From Prasinococcaceae sp. CCMP 1430 (Eukaryota; Plantae; Prasinodermophyta), in the NCBI GenBank assembly GCA_013416795.1, contig RQSC01000031.1:171461-235460 (forward strand): a stretch of DNA of 64,000 nt, given 5' to 3'. The notes under the pieces are model-generated. The model was given only the letters and a program-made list of their open reading frames with translations, had not been told where the DNA came from and made no database searches. The translations under genes and the position numbers were made by a program. Positions 24,703 to 34,114 of this stretch are shown piece after piece (position 1 is the first letter of the stretch; the number at the start of each line of letters is the position of its first letter).

Positions 24703-27186
24703 ATGGGCACGTCGGGCGCGTCGAGCGGCTCGGGAGGCTCGCGCCGCAGCCGCAAGCCCCGCAAGTCAGCCGCGGCCGACAGCAAGGGCGTCGCGAAGCC
24801 CGTGCGCGTGCACATTCCGAAGAGCGCGCATGGCTTTCGCTTCCACGCGGAGGAGCTGGCGGTCCTTGAGGCCTCCTTCCAGTCCAACGAGGGCGCGACG
24901 CCGCTGCGCGCGCACTGCTTGGCCATGGTTGCGGGCTTCAACAATGCCGAGCCCAGGCACTCGTCCAAGGTATTCATCGACTGGAAGCAGATAAAGAATT
25001 GGTTCGAGAACCGCAGGCAGAAGGCCAAACGCGAGAGGCGCAAGCGCGAGGAGCAGGCTCGCGCGGCGGGCGGCGGGGATGCGTCGGGCGTCCCGAGCGG
25101 TGACCAGGAGGCCGAGGGCTGGATGATGAACGCGCTCATGGAGCTTGTGCCGACCCCCCCGTCGACGTTCACGTCCTTCGGAACGGCCACCACCAACGGC
25201 CCGGGCTCAGTCGCGAGCGGCGCCGTCGCAGGCGCACTTGCAGGTGGCGGAGGAAGCGTCACAGGAGCGCCGCCGCCCATGCTGAGCGCCACGCGAATGG
25301 CGCGCTCCATGCGCCGTGAGGCCCTGCGCGACTACGACACCGCCTGGGAGCGATTGGAGCGCGCCGCGGGCGAACTGCAACACCAGGAGAGCCTCGGAGT
25401 CTCAGCTGGGTCGGGCGAGAGCTCCGGGGGGGCTGGCCTGTTTCGGCTGGGATCGTTGCACTCAAATAGTAGCAACGGGGCCAGGCAGACGGGCTCGCCT
25501 TCGCTGGCGCACGACGCTGATTTGCCCCTGCCTCCGTCGACGCTGGCCATGGCGCCGCCCAAGCTTGGCAACCTCGATCTGCCGAGCTTCGGCATGACCG
25601 CAGGTCTCAGCACGCTTGGGTCGGGAGCCTTCACGCTCGGCGGGGGAAGCGGGGGAAGTGGCATTTCGGGGGGACTGGATGCGAGCGCCGCGGAAGCGGC
25701 TGTGGCGGCGGCGGCTGCCGCCGCGGTCGCTGCGGCGGCGGTCGATGCAGACGCCGTGGGCGCTGAGCTTGGTGGCGTGCTGCCTCCCAAGCTTGCTACG
25801 CTTAACATACCCTCCCTCACAGCTGACGAGACGGTCACGGCCGCTGTCAACAACGCTGTGGCTGCTCTGAACCGGGACGGTGGCGGCGGCAGCGACAACC
25901 CCTCCCATGCGCTCGCGTCGCCTCCCACTTTGCTGGGGATGGGGCGCAGGAGTTTGTCGCTGCCCAAGCAAGGCAACGAGGCGGACGTGTCGGGCAACGG
26001 GCGGACGCAGTTGCCCAGCGGTGTTCTTCTCATGGGCGACGCGCGACGGCAAGGGACCGGAGACGCCGGGACGAGAATTCTGATGCCGCCCGAGCCGGCT
26101 GTCAAGACCATGGGCAAGGGCATGCACGTGTCGTTTGCAGGGATGCTCCCTCCATCGGATGGTGTGGGCCTGTCGAAAAAGCTGGCGAGCGAGGTCGAGG
26201 CTTGGCGGAAAGAGCGCGCACCCCTGCTCGACGCCATGTCCGCTCTGTCGCAACGCCCCGAGCACAATCCGGCCACAACAGAGGAGCTTACGTCGCTTCT
26301 CGAGCTCTCGCGCGCGCAGATGGTGCGGCTATACGGTCTCAAAGAGCGCATCGCACGGGAGGAGGCCGCGGGCGTGGCCTCAGGCGGTGGCGATCGCGAC
26401 GGGCGTGGCCTCACCAAGGGTGAACGCATCAAGGAAGCAGATATATGGCAGGCGGGCTCGTCGGGCTTGCTGTTCATCGGCGACCTCATGGCCGACGAGC
26501 TCTTCCTTGAGATACAGAGCGTCGTCGGACCTGAGCTGGGGGAGGCGCACCGCGAGCGAATAGCCAAGTTGCAGCGTATAGCGGTCGCCGGCGAGCGAGC
26601 TCTCAACGATGGGCTGAAGGCGCTCCACATGGCTGTGATCAATATCTTCGATCGGCCAGATGGGGACCTGCACTCGACCGCGGCGGACCTCGCCCAACGC
26701 CAGGCAACCACCGAGGCAGCGAGCGTCGCGCAGACGGTGGTAGACCTGGATGACGCTGAGTTCAAGGAGCTTCAGGCGCAGGTGTCGGAGCGCGGTGGGC
26801 TGGAGCTGCTCGTTCGCGCGGCCAACACGCTGCGCCTGCGTGTGGTCGACCAGCTGATGGCACTACTGACGCCGCTGCAGGCAATCAAGGTGGAGCTGGC
26901 GTGCGCCGACGTGGGCAACGTGCAGAGGGTCATCTCTGCCATCGTGCAGGCGAGGCTCCACCCTTCGACGCTCTCTCCGAAAGACACACAGATGCTCTCG
27001 GCGTGCCTGCGCCTGGACTCCACGCGCCCTACCAATGAGCGCACGCTCAAGACTTCGACCATCGTGAAGTTTGGCTGGGGCAAGACTGGTTCCGGGCTTA
27101 GCCGTCTGGCACTGGCGGCACAGGCGGCGGTTGAGGCATTGCATGCGAACAATCCAGACAATCCGAACAGATATTTGAATAGCTAG
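24703..27186 (+). CDS. Homeodomain (SHH/SAWADEE-type) protein with C-terminal DOG1/TGA-like domain
   Basis: Homeodomain FRFHAEELAVLEASF...KQIKNWFENRRQKAKR. The C-terminal helical domain includes LELLVRAANTLRLRVVDQLMALLTPLQA. Confidence 0.8.
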   Translation: MGTSGASSGSGGSRRSRKPRKSAAADSKGVAKPVRVHIPKSAHGFRFHAEELAVLEASFQSNEGATPLRAHCLAMVAGFNNAEPRHSSKVFIDWKQIKNWFENRRQKAKRERRKREEQARAAGGGDASGVPSGDQEAEGWMMNALMELVPTPPSTFTSFGTATTNGPGSVASGAVAGALAGGGGSVTGAPPPMLSATRMARSMRREALRDYDTAWERLERAAGELQHQESLGVSAGSGESSGGAGLFRLGSLHSNSSNGARQTGSPSLAHDADLPLPPSTLAMAPPKLGNLDLPSFGMTAGLSTLGSGAFTLGGGSGGSGISGGLDASAAEAAVAAAAAAAVAAAAVDADAVGAELGGVLPPKLATLNIPSLTADETVTAAVNNAVAALNRDGGGGSDNPSHALASPPTLLGMGRRSLSLPKQGNEADVSGNGRTQLPSGVLLMGDARRQGTGDAGTRILMPPEPAVKTMGKGMHVSFAGMLPPSDGVGLSKKLASEVEAWRKERAPLLDAMSALSQRPEHNPATTEELTSLLELSRAQMVRLYGLKERIAREEAAGVASGGGDRDGRGLTKGERIKEADIWQAGSSGLLFIGDLMADELFLEIQSVVGPELGEAHRERIAKLQRIAVAGERALNDGLKALHMAVINIFDRPDGDLHSTAADLAQRQATTEAASVAQTVVDLDDAEFKELQAQVSERGGLELLVRAANTLRLRVVDQLMALLTPLQAIKVELACADVGNVQRVISAIVQARLHPSTLSPKDTQMLSACLRLDSTRPTNERTLKTSTIVKFGWGKTGSGLSRLALAAQAAVEALHANNPDNPNRYLNS

Positions 27187-27278
27187 CGCTCACACGGCAT
27201 TTAGACTCTATAATCTCACTTCGCTTATCGCCTGTAGTGTTGAGTGCCGCAACACTGCGCGCTGAGGCCTTGGGGCTG

Positions 27279-28538
27279 TCATGTGCGCTCGTATACGTAC
27301 ACGTGCTCCTCGCGCTTCATTTCGTCGGGCGTGAGCTCGAGCTCATCGCCGGGAAAGTGCTCGGTGCGCGCGTAACGATCGACGTGCGACAGACGCAAGC
27401 CCACCTCGCCAACACGCGAAATGTCGCGGCTGACAGTGCGCTCAAATGTGGCAAAAAAGGCGTCGTCGTGCGCGAGGATGTCCGTGGAACCGGCCGGCGC
27501 AAAGCTGCTTCCCTCTGGGTCGGGCGACCGCAGCACAATGCACATCACGCCGTCGCTGTTGCGCAAAGCCAGTTCGGCGAGCGACCAGGCGCCCGTGTCC
27601 CGTGAGGCTGTCAGCTTCTTCATCGCCATCAAAATCTACAACGACGCTCTCCTAAATTCCGATAGGAAGTAGTCCTGTGTGAGGTCATCAATTTCTATTT
27701 GCCACGCTAGAGCGATCCTTTGCACGTCGCCCGCGCGCTGAGTTAGTTCGACTCACCTCAGCAAATGGCTTGCGATGCTGACGAGGCGGTCCGTGCCTGG
27801 GCTCAGGCTGGCGCCGCTTCGCGACTCGGCACTCGAAGCTTCGCTGCCCTGCTCGGTGCCGCGGCAGCTCCCGTCCATAAATGGAACGAGGGCCTCGGGA
27901 CACGCCACCAGCGCAAAGTCGTACTTCCTTCCTCCGACTTGACGTCCGAGATACTCGCGGTCGTAGTCGCGCGCTGGGCGCACGTCCGCGTGGAAGACGC
28001 TGCCGAAGTACGGGTGCTCCTCGCCGGTGACGGCGGACCCCGTGGTAGGGATCACTACAGCACTCTGGGAGCCGTCGGTGAGCCCCGCTTCCACGAGTGC
28101 CTTTGCTACTGCGTGCACGAGCTCGACGTCACACACTGCCAGGACGCGCGGTGCCGCCTCGGCGACTCGCTTCATTTTTATGAAGGGCAGTAAGGAGTGC
28201 ACCCCCAAAGTGGCGGAGTTGGCCGCTGGATGGAGTCGGCGCGCGGTCTCATTGCTGCGCGCCGCTATCCGGCGTGGTGCCCCAAGCCTTTTCCGCGCCA
28301 CGTTGAAATACGCGCTGCCCTGCTCTCGCGGGCGCCAGGCGGAGGCGGTGACGACCGGCAGCACCTGTGCCACCCTCATGTGTGCGGAGTGATGAGTCGC
28401 TGTGACTGGGGCTACTGGCGGCCACCGTCGCCAACGCGACAGTTCGCAGGCGGCTGCTGACGCCGTGCCGCGCGCCGCGCGCGCGCGATGTGCCGCCACC
28501 GCTCGGGTCCAGACAGCTAGCAATGGCCCGCAGCGCAT
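27279..28538 (-). CDS. Hypothetical protein, possible degenerate class I methyltransferase-like fold; intron 27556-27756; start uncertain
   Basis: GTGAGT donor, GCTGAC branch point and AACAG acceptor give SIASHLLS|DGVMCIVL. A KYDFALV motif is present, but there is no Gly-rich SAM motif I. Confidence 0.55.
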
Positions 28539-28900
28539 CGGCGATGACTGGAAAAAAAAGAAAAAAAAAGATGATTCTCTTTCGCTTTTATTTTTCCATG
28601 GATGCGAACGATTCCGATGCCGCATCACACTGCGCGCGGCCCGCAGCGCGCAGCAGGGCAGGCAGTCGACGGCGAGGTGGGGGTGGGGGTGGGGGGGCAG
28701 ACCTCCGCTGCGCAAGTAAATCTCCACGCGCAGCACGGCCGGCTGCGCGCGAGCTAGGGCCTGTTGGCCCTCCCGCCTGCTGGTGCTTGTGCAAGGCACC
28801 AGCGGCAGTGACGGCTGGTCGGCATCGCGTTGCAGCGGCGTCACCGTACCCAACACCCCCTCCCATTCACGAGCGCGCATTTTCGTGGTTCGACTCGACG

Positions 28901-30073
28901 ATGGAGCGCCAAGGGGCAGTCTTCAAGGTACTGGCGCGCGCCGGGCCGCTTCGCTGCGCTCGACAAGCGCGCTGGCCCTCAGACGGGCATCTCGTCTTGC
29001 TGGACGCTGCGGTAGATGTGCGCGCGATTTACAGGCATCGCGTTCACAGCTATCGGTGTTCTAACCGGTGCCCATCGCATACATCGCGCGCGGCGCGCAG
29101 CTCCTCCTCATTGGTGACTCGGGCGTCGGTAAAAGCTGCTTGCTGCTTCGCTTCAGTGACGGCACCTACACCGAACAGCACCTCAGCACCATTGGGATGG
29201 ATTTCAAGATCAAGCCAGTGCAGTTCGGAGGTACGTACAACACGCGCGTGAGAGAGCGTGCATTAGCGACTGCCGGCCGGGACGCGCCTGCGCAAACGCA
29301 CATCAAGGTCGTAGCCGCACTGTGCCAGCGCACGTCACGTCGCGTCCGGTTGCATCGCCCCCTCAACATCGCGCCGCCTGTGCTGACAAAGCCTGGCCGT
29401 TTGCGCGCAATCGCTCTTTCACAGACACAAACGTGCGGCTGCAGATATGGGATACAGCGGGGCAAGAACGCTTTCGTACCATCACAAGTAGTTACTACCG
29501 CGGCGCGCACGGCATCATCGTCGTGTACTCGGTTGCCGATCGAACTTCTTTCGACAACGTCTCCAAGTGGCTGAACGACATCGAAAAGTTCGCCTCACCG
29601 GGAGTTACCAAATTGCTCGTCGGCAACAAGTGTGACCTTGTCAGCACTAGGGTGGTATCGCAGGCGGAGGGGCGCGCGTTGGCGGACTCGCTCGGGATGC
29701 CGTTCATCGAGACCAGCGCGAAGGACTTGTGCGTGCGCTCGCCACGGCTTTCCAACGCCCCCTTCTATCGAGCACTCTCTAGTCTGCCGTCCGCTACGAG
29801 TGCGCGCGTAGTATCGTCGCAATCCCATTCATTCCCCGTCTCGTGCTTGCCACGTGCGCTGACCTGACGCATGCACACACACTGCTGCGCGGGTGCAGCG
29901 TCAACGTGGAGAGTGCGTTTCTCACGATGGCAAAGGATGTCGTGGATCGCGTGCAGAAGAGCACGCAGCAGTACGGCGGGTACCAGCCAGGCGGCACGGT
30001 GGATTTCGGCTACGGCGAGAACAGCTACGCGACCTTCAAGAAGCGCAAGAAGAAGTACGCGTGCTGCAGCTAG
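28901..30073 (+). CDS. Rab1/RabD-like small GTPase; introns 28928-29100, 29231-29424, 29729-29898
   Basis: Motifs [48 protein letters not shown] and C-terminal CCS. Confidence 0.93.
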
Positions 30074-30217
30074 ATAGGGAAGCAGTCGCCCTACGTCTCC
30101 ACCGACCGAAGGAGTGCATCAGCGGCCACGCCACCGCACCCATAACACAGAGTCATTTACCCGTTGCATCGCTGCAGTCACATCGATGCCTCTCCGTGCC
30201 CGCGGATCGGCCGTCCG

Positions 30218-30235
30218 AACCCTAACCCTAACCCT
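30218..30235 (+). repeat. Interstitial telomere-like repeat (AACCCT)3 / telo-box-like element
   Basis: aaccctaaccctaaccct about 190 bp upstream of the ATG at 30427. Confidence 0.8.
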
Positions 30236-30426
30236 GTGTCAAGATTTCGCCCGGGCTTGCAATCCTGAACCCGAATCCGTAGTCCGCCTGCGGCCCCGGC
30301 GGCAGCCGCCGCCGCGGGGTGCCACAAGCGCCCCCCCCCGCCCCCTCCACCCCCCCCCCTCCCTCCCGCCACCCGGCACGCTCGCCTCGGTTGCATGGGC
30401 GGGTTGTGGCGGGAGGGGCCGGTGCG

Positions 30427-33400
30427 ATGCCAGGCGGCGGCTTTGGCAAGGGCATAGGCGGGAGCTACAAGGGTGGCGGCTTTGGCAAGGGCGTTGGCGG
30501 GAGCTACAAGGGCGGCGGCTTTGGGAAGGGCGTCGGCGGCAGATATGTGAAGGGCAGCGCCAGCGGGTATGGCAAGAGCGCTGGCGGGAGCGGAGGTGGT
30601 GGCGGCGCGAAGGCGTTTGCCGGCAGTGGTCCGAGCGCGGGCATGCTCACGGGGTACATCAAGCAGGCGTCGACGCTCGAGGCGCTCTTCGAGACCTTCT
30701 CGAAGCATGCGGCGCGCTTCAACCACGTCCACTTTGCGGCATGCTGGAGCGCTCTCGGCCGCCTGGCAAGGGGCGCGGGTAGGTCGCAGGCGTGGACGGA
30801 GGAGCATCGCGAGGCGCTGCGCGTGCTGGTGAGGCGCACGTCGAGCGCCGTGGACGCACCCGTGGCCGGCTGCGAGTTCCGCGCACGCGAGCTGGCCACC
30901 ACAGCGCATGGCGCGGCCAAGAGCGGCGCCAGCGCAGGCGAGCTGATGGCGGCGCTCGCCCGCGGAGCAGAGCGCCGCGTTGGGGACTGCAACGCACAGG
31001 AGATGGCCAACCTCGCCTACGCGTTCGCCAAGGCACAACACGAGGCGCCTGAGCTTCTCGATGCCATTGCAGAGCACGCGAGACCGCGCCTGGGCGAGTT
31101 CAAGGCCCAGGAGCTATCCAATCTGGCATGGGCTTACGCGACGGCCAAGCGTGCCGCGCCAGCACTCCTCGACGCGATCGCCGAGCAAGCGCGGCCGCGC
31201 CTGCGCGAGTTCAATGAGCAGGCGCTCTCGAATACGCTCTGGGCGTACGCCAGTGCCAAGCACGAGGCGCCCGCGCTCTTCGATGCCATCGCAGAGCAGA
31301 CAATTGCGCGCCCAAGCGAGCTCACTCCGCAGGCGCTGTCGACGATTGCATGGGCGTGCGCGAGTGCCAAGCATTGCCCTGCGCAGCTCCTCGATGCCAT
31401 CGCCAAGGAGGCCAGGCCGCGGCTGCGCGAGTTCAGTGCTCAACAGCTTTCCAACTCGGTGTGGGCCTTTGCAAAGGCAGACCACGCGGACCCCGAGCTA
31501 TATGCCGCACTCGCGGCGGCGGTCGCGCGGCGCCTGGGCGATTTCAACCCGCAGGACCTCGCCAGCACCGCCATGGCATTCGCCAAGGCGTGTCACGTGG
31601 ACGCACAGCTCTTCGCTTCGCTAGCGCGCGCCGCCGAGACACGCGCGGACGAGTCGAACCTGCAGGACCTCGTCAGTACGGCTTGGGCATTCGCCAAAGT
31701 CGGCCAATTCGATACCGGGCTGTACGCCGCGCTGTCGCGCTCGCTCATCGGCCGCCGGCTCGACGAGCTGGACGCGCCACACATAGCCAACGTCGCCTGG
31801 GCCTTCTCGAAAGCGGCGCAGACCCCAGACGTGGCCCTGTTTGCTGCACTGGCGCGCACGGCCACCCATCGCGTTGGCGATTTCGGCGCTCAAGACCTCG
31901 CGACCATCGCCTGGTCTTTCGCGAATGCCGACCAGCTGGAAACGCGACTGTTCGCAGCGCTCGCCAGGTCGGCCGAGCGGCTGCTTGATAAATTCTCCGC
32001 GGAGGACCGTGACAACGCTGAATGGGCTTTCGTCCGGGCCGGACAGCAGCGCATCGTCAAGCTGCTGCGACAGCAGAAAGCACGTGGCGCATGCGGCCCA
32101 ACTTCGCTCGCCAGAGCCCCTGACGTGGACGTGGGGAAGTGCGGCCGCATCGTTGTGGCGGGCGGCGGCATCGGCGGCGCGGCGGCTGCCGTGGCGCTGC
32201 AGAATAAAGGCTTCGACGTGGTTGTGCTCGAAGGCGACGCCAGCTTCGACGCACGCAAGCAGGGCTACGGCCTGACCATTCAGCAGCAGGAGGCGACGCA
32301 GGCGTTGGGAATAAGCCTGGCGCAGGACGACGCGCCGTCAACCTCACACTACACCTTCGACGCGGCTGGCAACATCCTCGGCTTTTTTGGTGAGGCCTTT
32401 GGTAGCGCCAGCAAGGATCGGCGCGAGTGCGAGAATTCTGGGCGCTTCGTGCACATCCCAAGGCAGGTGCTGCGCTGCAGGCTGTTGGAGCGGGTTCGCC
32501 CGGGGACCATCCGGTGGGGCAGCAAACTCAAGAGCTTCAAGTGCTGGAGCGAAGATGATGGCGGGGGCGAAAACAACGAAAACGGAGTGACCGTCACCCT
32601 GGCAGACGGCACCACCCTCGATGCCGCCTTGCTGGTGGGGAGCGATGGTATTTTTTCCACCGTGCGAAAGCAGCTCGACCTCAAAGGGGACCGTCTTAAC
32701 TACGTCGGCCTCATCGTTGTTCTAGGTATCGTACCCACTGAGTGTGGCAGCGCCGGTGACGACAGCGAGGGGCGCCAGGACGGCCACGCCCCGGCCATGG
32801 TTTCCCCCCTGACGCATAGGCGCATCTTCGAGACAGTCGACGGCGCCGCACGCATCTACGCCATGCCGTTCACGACTACATCGACCATGTGGCAGCTGTC
32901 CTTTCCCTTCCCCGAGAAGCAGGCACGCGCACTGGCAAAGGATACGGCGGCCCTCAAGGACGAGATCCTGCGGCGGTGCGGCTCGTGGCACGCCCCTATC
33001 CCTGACCTGCTGCGCTCAACGCCGTTGGATGGCATGGCTGGCTACCCTGTGTACGACCGCCAACTGCTAGAGCCGCATGTTCTCAGGGAACCGGAGGGGC
33101 CGGCCACTCAGCTGAGACCGCAGCGCCGTGCCACGCTCATTGGTGACGCCGCGCATCCGATGACGCCCTTCAAGGCGCAGGGTGCGAACCAGGCCCTCAG
33201 TGACGCCGTGCTGCTCGCTGACAGCCTAGTGGAGAGCATTCAGCGTCACGGCCCCAGCGCAGGCATGGACGCCGCCCTCCCTCTCTTCGAGAAGGAGATG
33301 CTCCGTCGATCGTCGCGGATGGTGGTCGGGTCGCGCGAGAAGGCCAAGGAGCTACACAGCCCCTTGGCACTCCAGCCCGCGCGAAAGGTCCAGCGGGACA

Positions 33401-33957
33401 CGTTGGGCGGCCTCGACATGCAGAAGTCCATCGGCATCCTGCTGGCCAAGGGCATCGGTGCCCACAGCGCGGCTGATCCCTTGGGCTTGGACGCCGTTGT
33501 GGAGGCGGCGATTTCAAGCCTGAGGCGCAAGAGGTCAGTGCCCGCCACGGCGGTGGCCGATGTGGAGAAGGCAGGGTCGGTGAGAGCAGCGACCAAGAAG
33601 CGCAGGGCGAACAACTTGGCAGACCAGGGTGAGGAGGGCGGCGGGGAGCCGGCTGATGACGGCAAGGCCAACGATGACGGCGGCTTCAAGTGGCGCCGGA
33701 CTATGCGCAAGCACCTCGATGCGGCCGGGGACAACGGAGTGCGGCGCAAAGATCTGCGCAAGGCGACGCTGCGCGACTTCCAGCGGCACCTCTCAAAGTC
33801 AAAAAAGGACGGCGTGTCCGCAGACGTCGCCCGCAAGCGTTGGATGTTCGCCGAGCCTGCCGAGCTCGACGCGCTCTTCCGCAGCCACCTCGCCCAGGCC
33901 GAGGCGGCCGGGCGCCTCAGCACGCGGGGTAAGATGGTGTACCGCGCGCGCACGTGA
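30427..33957 (+). CDS. Fusion protein: Gly-rich repeats + ~37-aa OPR/HPR-like helical repeats + FAD-dependent monooxygenase + LYAR-like C-terminal domain
   Basis: Repeats such as EFKAQELSNLAWAYATAKRAAPALLDAIAEQARPRLR. FAD motifs VAGGGIGG, LLVGSDG and LIGDAAHPMTPFKAQGANQALSDA. C-terminus FKWRRTMRKHL...RKDLRK. Confidence 0.85.
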   Translation: MPGGGFGKGIGGSYKGGGFGKGVGGSYKGGGFGKGVGGRYVKGSASGYGKSAGGSGGGGGAKAFAGSGPSAGMLTGYIKQASTLEALFETFSKHAARFNHVHFAACWSALGRLARGAGRSQAWTEEHREALRVLVRRTSSAVDAPVAGCEFRARELATTAHGAAKSGASAGELMAALARGAERRVGDCNAQEMANLAYAFAKAQHEAPELLDAIAEHARPRLGEFKAQELSNLAWAYATAKRAAPALLDAIAEQARPRLREFNEQALSNTLWAYASAKHEAPALFDAIAEQTIARPSELTPQALSTIAWACASAKHCPAQLLDAIAKEARPRLREFSAQQLSNSVWAFAKADHADPELYAALAAAVARRLGDFNPQDLASTAMAFAKACHVDAQLFASLARAAETRADESNLQDLVSTAWAFAKVGQFDTGLYAALSRSLIGRRLDELDAPHIANVAWAFSKAAQTPDVALFAALARTATHRVGDFGAQDLATIAWSFANADQLETRLFAALARSAERLLDKFSAEDRDNAEWAFVRAGQQRIVKLLRQQKARGACGPTSLARAPDVDVGKCGRIVVAGGGIGGAAAAVALQNKGFDVVVLEGDASFDARKQGYGLTIQQQEATQALGISLAQDDAPSTSHYTFDAAGNILGFFGEAFGSASKDRRECENSGRFVHIPRQVLRCRLLERVRPGTIRWGSKLKSFKCWSEDDGGGENNENGVTVTLADGTTLDAALLVGSDGIFSTVRKQLDLKGDRLNYVGLIVVLGIVPTECGSAGDDSEGRQDGHAPAMVSPLTHRRIFETVDGAARIYAMPFTTTSTMWQLSFPFPEKQARALAKDTAALKDEILRRCGSWHAPIPDLLRSTPLDGMAGYPVYDRQLLEPHVLREPEGPATQLRPQRRATLIGDAAHPMTPFKAQGANQALSDAVLLADSLVESIQRHGPSAGMDAALPLFEKEMLRRSSRMVVGSREKAKELHSPLALQPARKVQRDTLGGLDMQKSIGILLAKGIGAHSAADPLGLDAVVEAAISSLRRKRSVPATAVADVEKAGSVRAATKKRRANNLADQGEEGGGEPADDGKANDDGGFKWRRTMRKHLDAAGDNGVRRKDLRKATLRDFQRHLSKSKKDGVSADVARKRWMFAEPAELDALFRSHLAQAEAAGRLSTRGKMVYRART

Positions 33958-34114
33958 GCGGTGTGTGACATAGAAGTCAGTCTGTACCCTGTGCTGTACA
34001 CAGCGCACACGCGCAGCGGACGCGAGCGCAGCACGACGGCTGAGAGGCACCGCCTTCCGTAACTTACACATGTACATTGACGCCAACTGGTGGCCAAGCC
34101 GCGCTCGCACCTAC

